A stretch of DNA of 64,000 bases from Eukaryota sp. TZLM1-RC (lineage: Eukaryota; Protista; Metamonada: BaSk clade), in the NCBI GenBank assembly GCA_040285825.1, contig JAUPSS010000007.1:2082689-2146688 (forward strand). The letters are read 5' to 3'. Under the pieces are notes generated by a model. It was given only the letters and a program-made list of their open reading frames with translations. It was not told the DNA's origin and searched no databases. A program made the translations under genes and the position numbers. Of this stretch, positions 35,908 to 46,200 are shown in pieces. Positions within the stretch are counted from its first letter, which is position 1; each line of letters begins with the position of its first letter.

Positions 35908-38900
35908 TTGATCATGGCAGAAAATGGATCCATTTACAATCAAACCTATCAGGATGGCCATCTTTATCAAAATCAGGACAATCAATTTCTGCCTCCTGAT
36001 CAGATAATTGACAAGATTAGAAAAGATGATTTAAATCTTTTAAAAAGAAAAAATGATGAGGAGTTTGATGAGTGGATTTCAAATCAAAAAGTGTTTTTAG
36101 TTTCAATTGCTATTGGAAGGTTTGATCAACACAACTTCTTTTTGGAAAGTAAATATTCGCTGCTGTTGAAAATGAGTGACCAAATTACGTCTTTACCTCA
36201 AATTGATATGAATGTTCAGGCGGAATTATTTGATAACGAAGAAATTTTACTTCGTAGATTTTCAAATATTATTGGTAATTATCAACCACATTGTTTTTTG
36301 AATCACAATTTAATCAAGTTTGATTTACAAGTTTTAAAGAATCGATTCAATTATTTTGGTTTACCATTTCCCACTGGTTCAGTTGATTCAACAGTGGATG
36401 TACTTAATCATCTTTCACCAAGATGGAGGGAAATTGTCATCAGGGAAAATGGTTTTTATCTTTTAGATACACTGGTGTTTGCAAAAAAATTCATCAAAAT
36501 CCAATATGGTCATAGTTTGGGGAATTTGGCCTACAAAATGATTGATGAGAAGAAAATCAAACTTCATCAACAATTCACCAATATTTTACCTGTTGATTGT
36601 TTAGCTACTACTCCACTGAGACAAACTTTAATTCAATATGGGCTTCAAGATTGTTCACTATGTCTGAAACTTTTCGTGCTGTTTCAGAAAGACAAATTTA
36701 TTTTATCATCTTATAAAACCATTCGAGCAACCGTCAACTCAATGGTCAAACATTCAAATGTGATACGCAAATTGAGAGAAACTGCTGTAAAATTTCAACA
36801 GTTACGTATTCACACCACATGTTGCTTAAAGCTGTATTTACAGTCTTGTTTTGAACGTAATTTGTCATTACCACGAATATCTGCCCAATTATATGAATCA
36901 TTAATGGCCAGAATTCGTTATATTTCAGCTGAGTATTATGGGCAAGAAATGGTGAAACCAAAGAGTGCATTTCCAGAGGATTTTGAAAACTTTGTTTATG
37001 GTGAAGGAGATTATAGATTATCGACCACCTTTGAACAACAAAAGTTGAACAAAACATTGAGTTATGTAGACCATTTGAGATATAGGCCTGAGTTTTTTCC
37101 ACGATTTCCAACTGATGGCTTCAGTAGACCACCTCAGTATATGGCCCCAGTAATGTTTACCAATTTTGAAAACAATTTGAAACTAAATTATGAAAAACAT
37201 ATTAATCGATTTATTAATGTTTACTTTGACAAAGTAGATGTGGAAAATGTGTTAGCAGAAATGCATAAGCTGGGTGGATACTCAACGCCACTGTCTACCA
37301 TTATTTCACTATATAGATTTAGGCTTCGTCAATTCAAAAACTTGTTTTTAGTTGATGATAGAGATTGCTTGAGTTCTTTGTTTCATCATCCTGAAAATAT
37401 TTCAGACCTTCTGAATGATGAATTTTTTGATTTATGTGAACAGCATGATATAAGAGGTAATGAACTTAGAGACATATTTGAAGGTCTTATTGAGCCTTTT
37501 CCTTGCCAAATTGAGAATTTGGTCACTGACGAGAATTTAGTTGATAACATATTTCCAGTGGATATTCATTTTCTTGCAGATGCTGTTGAAAAAGATCCTC
37601 AAATATTCCTAAAACCAACAATTACAATTGCCCAATATATCTCCAGTAGAGAGAAAAAACCTTATCATATTTCTCCTGTTTCAACCACTGTAGGCCCTGG
37701 ATATTTTCCTATTGATACAAGAACAATATGGACAATTATTAGACAAACATTGATGGACGATTTATTGCCTGATCAGAGATTAAAAATGTCCAATACATTA
37801 GCCCAAATTACGAAATTCAAACCACCTCAGCAATTTGACTTTTGGTCTAATATTCTCGATTTAAACCAGCCAATGTTCAAACAAAAGATTTATAAATTTA
37901 ACAACATTATCCACACAGATGGATTTAATATTGCAGTAGAATTTGTTCGTCGGGATTTACAAGATCAGAAATGTAAGCCAGACAACAAGGCTAGCATTTC
38001 TGATTTATATATTGATGATGTTGATGTTGATACTTTTCAAGACAAACGAATTGTTGTTTGTGATCCTGGAAAACGTGATTTATTGTATTTTGGGAGTAAA
38101 AAGACTGATCAAGAACTAGCCATGGTGCCTGAACATGAAACTGAACAGCAAAGAAATAGTCGGGTGATGAATCAAGACAAGAAGTACAAATGGTTAAGAA
38201 TGACTCAGATGTCCTGGTCTTTGAAAAGTAAGATGAATGAAAAGCAAAAACGATGGGCGACAAAGTATACTGAGGTAGATTACGACAGGAACCAGATGAT
38301 AGAGTCTTACGAAATGACAATTGAAGATGCAAACACCGAATTATCTGCGTTTGCTGCCAATTCAGCAACTTTTATAGATTTTTCCAACTATGTGGTTGCC
38401 AAACTTCGGCAAGTTTTTTTGACAATTGACTTTTACAGTTTTGACTTGTGGAGCATTCATAAAATGCAAGCTTTTATTCACAAGCAAAAGACTGAAAGTT
38501 GGTTGTTAAAAAGCCTTGTTCAGCAGTTTGGCAATCCAAAAGACATTTTAATACTAATGGGTGATTATGGTAAAAAAGGTTCCAAGAATTTGAAACATCA
38601 GAGACCTACTCGAGGCATTGGATGGATTCAATTTCTGAAAAGAAATGGATTTGAAGTATTGATGATTAATGAAGCTTTCACTTCAGCAAAATGTCCTGTT
38701 TGTTTTGAAAAGGTTAATACGTTTTTGAGAGTAGCAAATCCCAGATTCTATAGAAGAGAAAAGACTCCTGTTACTACATGTCATGGTTTATTAGCTTGTA
38801 ATAGTCAGAGTTGCAAACTCAGTAACAAAGGCTCAACAAAGCTCTTCAATAGAAATAAGCTGGCTTGTCTGAATATGTTTGCAATTGCTGAAGCGAGGAT

Positions 38901-38940
38901 GAGTGGTAATGAAAGGCCTCAGTATCTGTGTAGTAGATAG
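35908..38940 (+). CDS. PolB-type 3'-5' exonuclease (DEDDy) - Fanzor fusion protein
   Basis: FDNEEILL...NHNLIKFDL (ExoII), LLDTL...HSLGNLA, YGLQDC (ExoIII); then Fanzor YKTIR...IHT..LKLYL, IHTDG, VCDPGKRDL, NEAFTSAKCPVC, HGLLAC...C, FNRNKLACLNM, RPQYL. Confidence 0.88.
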   Translation: MIMAENGSIYNQTYQDGHLYQNQDNQFLPPDQIIDKIRKDDLNLLKRKNDEEFDEWISNQKVFLVSIAIGRFDQHNFFLESKYSLLLKMSDQITSLPQIDMNVQAELFDNEEILLRRFSNIIGNYQPHCFLNHNLIKFDLQVLKNRFNYFGLPFPTGSVDSTVDVLNHLSPRWREIVIRENGFYLLDTLVFAKKFIKIQYGHSLGNLAYKMIDEKKIKLHQQFTNILPVDCLATTPLRQTLIQYGLQDCSLCLKLFVLFQKDKFILSSYKTIRATVNSMVKHSNVIRKLRETAVKFQQLRIHTTCCLKLYLQSCFERNLSLPRISAQLYESLMARIRYISAEYYGQEMVKPKSAFPEDFENFVYGEGDYRLSTTFEQQKLNKTLSYVDHLRYRPEFFPRFPTDGFSRPPQYMAPVMFTNFENNLKLNYEKHINRFINVYFDKVDVENVLAEMHKLGGYSTPLSTIISLYRFRLRQFKNLFLVDDRDCLSSLFHHPENISDLLNDEFFDLCEQHDIRGNELRDIFEGLIEPFPCQIENLVTDENLVDNIFPVDIHFLADAVEKDPQIFLKPTITIAQYISSREKKPYHISPVSTTVGPGYFPIDTRTIWTIIRQTLMDDLLPDQRLKMSNTLAQITKFKPPQQFDFWSNILDLNQPMFKQKIYKFNNIIHTDGFNIAVEFVRRDLQDQKCKPDNKASISDLYIDDVDVDTFQDKRIVVCDPGKRDLLYFGSKKTDQELAMVPEHETEQQRNSRVMNQDKKYKWLRMTQMSWSLKSKMNEKQKRWATKYTEVDYDRNQMIESYEMTIEDANTELSAFAANSATFIDFSNYVVAKLRQVFLTIDFYSFDLWSIHKMQAFIHKQKTESWLLKSLVQQFGNPKDILILMGDYGKKGSKNLKHQRPTRGIGWIQFLKRNGFEVLMINEAFTSAKCPVCFEKVNTFLRVANPRFYRREKTPVTTCHGLLACNSQSCKLSNKGSTKLFNRNKLACLNMFAIAEARMSGNERPQYLCSR

Positions 38941-39015
38941 TGATTGTAATTATTCCACACGAAAATTGATCGTGTATTTATGGGAATTTCCCACAAAAGA
39001 CAGCATCTTTTCCCA
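38941..39015 (+). ncRNA. Putative compact omegaRNA / right end of the exonuclease-Fanzor element
   Basis: Stems ACACGA/TCGTGT, TGGGAA/TTCCCA and AAAAGA/TCTTTT packed in 75 nt after the stop. Confidence 0.5.
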
Positions 39016-39038
39016 ATTAAACTATCTTATCTATCAGA

Positions 39039-39710
39039 ATGGAAGATTCACAGATTCCTCTTGATAGCGTGTTAGATCACATTGAAGAAATACCCGAACC
39101 ATCTTCCCCACCAACACAACAATCTACATCAAGAAAGTCTTCTGGGATTCGATGGTTCCTCAACCAGAACCAAGTTGATGTGTCGATGGAAGACGAAGCT
39201 CCATTGCTGGAAGAACTCGACATTGATCTTAAGTCCATTTCTAACAAACTTTTATACATTTTATTACCCTTCAAACACCCTCAGACAGACAGGCAATCAT
39301 TAGTTACAGCTGATTTCTATGGTCCTCTAGCAGTGATATTGCTATATGGATTACTGGTGTTTTGGCATAATTGGAGTTTTGCTGCCCTATCATGGTGCTT
39401 TTTGATCTGGCTTACAGGGTCCTTCCTTGTCTACTTTATCACAAAGGCGACAGGTGCTTCTGTTTCATATGCAGGCACTCTTGGTTTAATGGGCTATTCC
39501 ACTCTACCTTTAATCGTGGTTTACTTTCTCAACCTGTTGTTAACACCACAGTTCTTTTCCATTCTGCTTTCTATTGTTGGGATCTCTTGGAGCTCTTATT
39601 CTTCCGCTAACCTGCTGATAGCCAATGCCCCTGAAAGCAAGAAATGGCTCATCGTTTATCCAGCTGCCATTGTGTTTACGTTTCTACAGAGTTTGAGGTT
39701 GGGAGTGTAG
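39039..39710 (+). CDS. Yip1-domain Golgi membrane protein (YIPF4-like)
   Basis: PLLEELDID, DFYGPL, GYSTLP, YP motifs; about 5 hydrophobic segments. Confidence 0.92.
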   Translation: MEDSQIPLDSVLDHIEEIPEPSSPPTQQSTSRKSSGIRWFLNQNQVDVSMEDEAPLLEELDIDLKSISNKLLYILLPFKHPQTDRQSLVTADFYGPLAVILLYGLLVFWHNWSFAALSWCFLIWLTGSFLVYFITKATGASVSYAGTLGLMGYSTLPLIVVYFLNLLLTPQFFSILLSIVGISWSSYSSANLLIANAPESKKWLIVYPAAIVFTFLQSLRLGV

Positions 39711-39811
39711 TCACTGTGAATAAAATGTTTTTTTGCTATGTTTTTCTCAGGTAAATTGTCTTTTGAAAATAAAAACAAAAATTTTTGGACTTTGTTTTCA
39801 GTGGATTTTTC

Positions 39812-42097
39812 CAGCGTGGCACCTTTTTGCTTTCGCGAATGAAAAAAACGCACTTTTGAAAAAAACGCATTTTTTTTGTTGATCTTGAGGACCATTTCTT
39901 AAAAGCAAATTCTCATTACTCCAATACCACCTTATCTTTCCTTCTCCTCTTCTGTCATGCCTCGCAAACGAGACATCGCTTGGGATTACGTCATAGAACT
40001 TTCCTGTGATGACTCTGACCCAGATTGTACAATAAATCTTGATTCGCCCGAAGTTATTCCTATTGAAAAAAATTATACACACCAATGTGTTTATTGCTCC
40101 TTGAAGTACACTCCAGGTTCCGCTACGCGCATCAAAGACCATATTGTGGGAGTTCCACCAGGAGAGAGAAGCAACATCTCTGTTTGCATGGAGGCTCCCC
40201 GAAAAACAATAATGAAACTTTTAAATACTCAGCTTGACACACTATCTCCTTCTGCAAAAAAACGGCTATCTTTCATATCTGAAGGTGCTCCTATCAAGAA
40301 AAAACCATTAAATACATTTATTTCTAATAAATAATTGAAAGCCGCAAGAACAGCTGTTGGTGACTTTTTCTATGGCTGTGGAATACCATTGCGCATCATT
40401 AGAAGTAAGTGGTTCTGGAAAATGATCAAAGCAATTGCCGCAGCAGGCCCATCTGTCCAAAAAATCGGTTATAATGCTCTATGTACCACCATGCTCGATA
40501 ACCGTTACAAAGATGCAGTCACAGAAAGAAAAGCAGTCATTGACAACATTTCTGATATTGGATGCACAGTAATGGCAGACTCGTTCACCTCAGTGTCAAA
40601 ACATTTATTGACTGGTATCATGGCATCAACAGGTAACTCGGTAATACATTTGAAAACAGTCCATAACGATGCCGTGTCACAAAATGGTGACTACCTAAAA
40701 CAGGTTTTAGAACAGGTAATCAGTGAATTAAACGGAAAAGTCGTCAACATCGTGACTGACCAAGGTTCTGCTTATGTAAATGCTGGAAGCAGGATCCAGT
40801 CGGAGAATCCAAGCATCTCTTACAACTTCTGTGCATTTCATCTGCTTTCGAATTTCTTTAAAGATGTGTACAAACTACCTTTTGTGCGAGACATCATAAA
40901 AAGAGCTGTTGAGTTAGTAATGTTCCTCAAGAACCACCAGTTAATTTATGATGTTTTGAGAAACAATGGTAGTCGCTCATTGTCTACACCAGGGGACACC
41001 AGGTTTGCCACCAACTGGATACTTTTGGAAAGCTTACTTGGTGCGAAAGATAGTATAATAAGTATTTTTGGAGGGGAAAGCTATTTTGAATGGAGAAACC
41101 GATTATCAAGTACACTCAGGAACACGGCAGACCAATGGAACACAGTGTTACATGGTATTTCACTTTGGTTGGAGTTTGAAGAAATTTATAAATGTTGCTA
41201 TCCAGTTTTGAAGTTGTTAAAACTATTTGATTGTAATACGCCATTGTCCGCAGAAATTCTTTATTTGATAGAAGAGGCTAAAACTGAAATGATTAATTAT
41301 GATGGTATCATTATCACCGACGAGAGGAAGAATCTCATCATTGCATCGTTTGATGACCGAACCAGTCAATTAATAACCGATTTCTACGTTGCTTCTGCGA
41401 TGCTAAACCCAAAAAATTATCTTCCTGAAAGACTCATTTTTGCTGAACGGTTATTTGATATAAGTAAGTTTCAAGATTTTGTGTTAAAAATTACCAGTTA
41501 CGACAGTGATAAGGCACTAGATTTACTGCGTCAATTTTCTGTTTTTCAAAGATTCAATAATCACACAAGTTTTGGAAGGCCCTTAGCATTAGCAGGAAGA
41601 GAGAAAGAAAATTTTAATGCTATGATCTGGTGGCAGCAGTTTGGTTATGACGCACCTGAGCTTCAAAAATTGGCATTACAAGTGGTGTCCCAATTTGTGT
41701 CTGCTTCTGCAGTTGAGAGATTGTGGAGTCTACATGATTGGATTCATTCTAAGCGTAGAAATAGACTCACTGAAGAGCGTGTAAACAAATTAATAGCAGT
41801 GTATGATTTCCTGGCAAGTTGTCTTCAAGAAGAAGATTCTGAAGAAGACAACAAGACGGAAGATTGTATCGAAATATTGAATGTTTGCTGTCAGCTGTTA
41901 GAAGAAGAAGATTGACAGTCCTAGTTTCTAAGGCAATGAACTGATCTATTGTTGGTGTTTTAGTTTTACAATAAATTACAGTTACAATGTGTTTATTTGT
42001 TACATATAGTATAGAATTTCATCCAAATTAGAATATTCATTTGAAAAAAACGCAGCTCTGACGAAAAAAACGCATTTTCGTTGGGGGTGCAACTCTG
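39812..42097 (+). mobile_element. hAT DNA transposon
   Basis: TIRs CAGCGTGGCACC / CAGAGTTGCACC; 8-bp TSD GATTTTTC (39804-39811, 42098-42105); GAAAAAAACGCA subterminal repeats at both ends. Confidence 0.95.
39957..41915 (+). pseudogene. BED finger + DUF659-type hAT transposase with one in-frame TAA (40332-40334)
   Basis: AW...CVYC...RIKDH, ADSFT, IVTD, CAFH, TRFAT, WW...PELQKLA...SASAVERLWS...KRRNRL. Confidence 0.9.
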
Positions 42098-42801
42098 GAT
42101 TTTTCAATTCTTATCTTGATTAATTCGATTTGTTTCGAACCCTATTTCATCGACAAATCAATATAATTGAATTTTCAATTAAGTCATTAGATGACTCACT
42201 GGTTGTCACCATTGATCTATGTAGTACTAAGCTTAACTCTGCAGTTGTTTTTGACTTTGTTTGACCTTGTTTCTGTGATGTTCATCAACAATGAATAGAA
42301 AATCAAACAGTGGTTAAGAAAATGTTAAGCAGGAACTGGGGGATTAACAAGAGGAGTCAAGTTTACCAGAATTATGATCAAACTCCATCAAAGAGAAACT
42401 TCAGGATGAACAAATTTTGAAAAAACACTAAAGATGTTACAGTCATAGTTGCAGAGTCTAGTGAATTTTCTTTGGAAAGATTCAAAACTACATTTTAGGA
42501 TGAGGTGTCAGGCTGTGAAGTCATTATTCATCTGTAATCAAAAACTTAATGAAGGTTGTTTTATGGCAAACAGAATGCCAAAGTGTCAGTAACATGCTCC
42601 GAAAAATGCACTTCAAATTTGTCAATCCAAATTTTAAGACAACGTAAGGAAAGTCTCATTGACTGAACATCATTCATGAAACGCATGCAAAAAGGGAGAA
42701 GTATCATAAGATCTCTCCTACTAATAGCCGATATTAGTCGTCTTTCTGAGCAATTAATTCATGATGCTGAAGGAAAAAACCTAATCTGGTAATTAGCAAC
42801 A

Positions 42802-43090
42802 ATGTTTTTCCTATCAGAGCACCACTTTCTCCAGCATTTATGGGTATTGAAAACAGGAGTATTAAAATTGTTATTGGTCAATCAAAGAGATTGTCAGCTG
42901 AATCTACTGAAGTTTCCAACACTGAGTTTGATGAATCTGAAGAGAATGATGATGAAATTACTATTGTTAGTGAAAGCACTTTGGAAATTTGGAAAAAGGT
43001 CCTCAACATCCACCACAGTGCCTTGAACAAAAATGCCAATGGCTACCTTTTCAACGGTAGCATTCCGCCAGATGGCTTTGGTGTTTAAAT
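42802..43090 (+). pseudogene. Decayed Fanzor fragment (left part, interrupted by gypsy family 2)
   Basis: FPIRAPLSPAFMGIENRSI and IWKKVLNI...YLFNGSIPPDGFGV parallel SPVSTTVGPGYFPIDTRTI and FWSNILDL...YKFNNIIHTDGFNI of the 1010-aa ORF. Confidence 0.65.
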
Positions 43091-43129
43091 TCAACTCAAA
43101 CTCAATCATTTGAAAATATTTATATTATA

Positions 43130-43266
43130 TGATGCCATCTGTGTCATATCATAACAAAGAGTAAGGATAAGTTTATTTGAATTTCACCGGCCCTTATAAA
43201 GGCCATCACTAGTGAAGTATACTATATAAATACAAATGTACTAGACTAATTGTCCACAGTACAACA
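43130..43266 (-). repeat. 3' LTR, family 2
   Basis: Direct repeat of 49805-49941. Confidence 0.93.
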
Positions 43267-46200
43267 CTACCTTTTCCCCTTTTTAGATCTCGAACGAGAG
43301 CTACGAGTACTGATTGCGGGGGAATTAGTCTTAGATTTGGAATTAGAAGACGCCTTCCGTTTCCTGTTAGTGCGAGGACTAATAGAGCGCAAATATGTTT
43401 GATATGCCTCAGTGCTTTTGACGTCAGCAACTGGGACATACGAAGTCTCGTTGCCATTACAAACTGCGGTACAATAAGGAACTTTATTATTATTCGAATC
43501 TACGTAATCAAAATGATCTATAATTTTAACAATTACAGATTCTTCCATATCGCCAGCAGCAATATTCTTATCCCAATCAAGATCTTCCTTAGAAAAGTCT
43601 GAAAGGTTTAGTTTACAATGATTTATACTAGCTGTAGATAACGAGCCAGTGACTAAGTTCTTGAGCAATAAACTTTTATTGGATTTCACTTCTTCAATGA
43701 GAAAAGGGCCAGCGAAGCAACCATGGAGTTTACCATTAGTTTTCAATCGCAACACTAAGTCTCCTATATTAAAAGGATTCCTTTGTAAGTTATTTTCAGG
43801 AAGTTGTTGAGCTTGCCTGAGCTCTGCCTCTTCTCTCTTTCTTGAGATTCTATCAAGTTTAGCTTCAAGGTCTTTAACAAAGGGGATAACGAAATTTGCT
43901 AATTTAATCAATTCAAACAAATTACTAGGATCAGACCTAGGGCTATGATCACTACCAAACATCAAATTGTATGGAGAGTGACCAGTAACTCTACTAGCAG
44001 TTGAATTTATTTGAAGTTGAACAATTGGGATATATTCACTCCAATTGCTATAATCACCAGAGTCCACCAAAATTTTTCTTAGACTTAGTAAAATGTCCCT
44101 GTGACGTCTTTCTACTAAACCATTGCTTTGTGAAAAGCTGGTTAGTGAACGACTTACTTCAATGTATAATAAATCGCATAACCCTTTAAATATGGCATTT
44201 GCAAATTCAATACCATTGTCACTGTGAATTAACAAAGGAATACCAAATATTGCGACAACGTTCCATAATAATTGGTTTGTAGCTTCCACTGCATTTAATT
44301 CCTTAATGGGGCATATGATCGTATATCTCGTAAACGAATCTACAAATACTATTAAATATTTAAATCCATTATCATCTTCCTGTAGTGGACCAATTGTATC
44401 TGCGTTTATTCTTGTAAACGGACGATCTGCCCATAGAGAGCCAGATGATTCGATGACTTTCCTGGATACAGGTGCAGTCTTTTGACAAGCAGGGCAACTC
44501 TTAATATGCATAATCATGTATTTGCGCATGTTAGGCCAAAAGTAATCACTTTCAAGTAATTTCTTTACACTAGTTGTCACGCTAGGATGACCAACATTTG
44601 CATGTCCATGAATGATAGTTAAAGTCTGCTTCTTTAAACTATCGGGGATAATAATCTTTCCACAATTGTTGGTGTATAATTGATTATTTGTATCATACTT
44701 GTAATCTTTGTAATTATCAGGGTTTGAATCAACATCTAACATTTGTTCTTGCCTAATTTTCGAAATCCAAGAGTCAAATAAATCAAATTTCGGATCCTCA
44801 ACAGCTTCTTTTAATGCAGATAAGCTATGAATCGTAGGAAGTTCAACTGTGGACGGTTGAGTAGTATCAACCCTTAACAAGTTAGCCTTAGTTAATATAT
44901 TCAAGTAAGGTAATTGTTCTTCAACTACGTGAGGTGCCAAATTTCTCACTTGTTGGACACGAGGGGCTGAAGGGTTTAGGTTTACTAATCTAGACAACAT
45001 GTCTGCCCAATAGTTCTCCTCGCCTGCTATATGGACTACATCGAAATTGAATTTTGACAATATCGGTAGCCACCTCTTAACAATTCTGTTCTTGTTAGGT
45101 GCTGATATCATATATGCTAGGTTTCTATGATCAGTGAATATTGTTAATTTCCTAGAAATTTAATAATTTTCTAAACTACTGTCAGTGAGAATTAATAATA
45201 TAGCGTACAGCTCTTTCTGAAGTACAGACCAATTCTTTTGAGAAGAGGATAATAATCTGCTAAAGAAAGCGATAGGTACAACCTTTCGATTAATTAGCGG
45301 TGTTGACGGATCTTTGGGTGGGTTTTCCTCTTGCCACATTACTCCACCAACTGCTACATCAGAAGCATCAGCACTTATTAGTACGTGTTTATCTTCAGAT
45401 GGTAGTTCGAGAGGGATGTTTGCCTTGATAAGATTAATAATTTTACCAAAAGCCTCATCTTGATCAGAAGTCCACTTGATCTTTGACGGTTTGTTCCTAG
45501 TCAATTTGTTGATTGGTTCTATCAAGTCAGACAAATTAGGTAACCAGTCACGTATATAAATGATTGAACCTATAAAACTCCCAACTTCAGGTAATGTCCT
45601 TGGTTTAGGTAGGTTAATTAGTCCCTCAATCCTTGTCTCGTCATTATAACGGGTTTTGTTTACAAAAATACTACCTAGAATTTTTATTTTATGTTTGCAA
45701 GTGGTAAAGCTACACTTGGGTAGGCCCAGGTTAACTCTAAAACGTTTAACGCGTTCTAGAACCGTACCTACTCTAGATAGAAATTCATCCAGGGTCGACG
45801 CTACTACTATTATATCATCGATATAAATAAATACGCCCTCAGAATCAAATATTTCCATCATCATGTTTTGAAAGACTGCAGGAACGTTTTTCAAACCAAA
45901 ACAAGCCCTTTTAAAACTGATCGACAAATCCGGGAATTGATACGGTAGTCTTATCAATATCCTCTTCTGCAATTTGGAGCTGCCAAAATGCCTTTGTTAA
46001 ATCTAGAGTCGCTATATAATTAGCTTTACTTAGAAATTTTAAGTTGTCGCTAATCCTGGGCAAATTTGCATCTACAGGTTTAGTTAAATTATTTACTCCA
46101 CCATTACCACTAACATCGCCAGTTAATCGTGGTTTCCTGTGATTAGGGTAAATCACTAGGCAGATGGGACTACTGAATTGAAATTTTGCCGGCACTGCAA

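Noticed and set aside
35908-36700. Polinton/Maverick or endogenous virus inferred from the PolB-like domain
   Set aside because: Only the exonuclease domain is present; no polymerase palm, capsid, packaging ATPase or long TIRs are visible nearby.
21145-40334. TAA reassignment (non-standard genetic code), suggested by single in-frame TAA codons in the CRE RT (21145), MULE (26522), Fanzor (31175), MJ1316-RCC1 (31880) and hAT (40332)
   Set aside because: The CRE TAA aligns to GAA in the sister copy. Host genes contain no internal TAA and several end in TAA (23944, 55413, 57815). Several of the same loci also have frameshifts. Ordinary nonsense decay is sufficient.
24993-42097. MULE or hAT as the carrier element of the Fanzors
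   Set aside because: Each is closed by its own TIR pair and perfect TSD that exclude the Fanzor ORFs.
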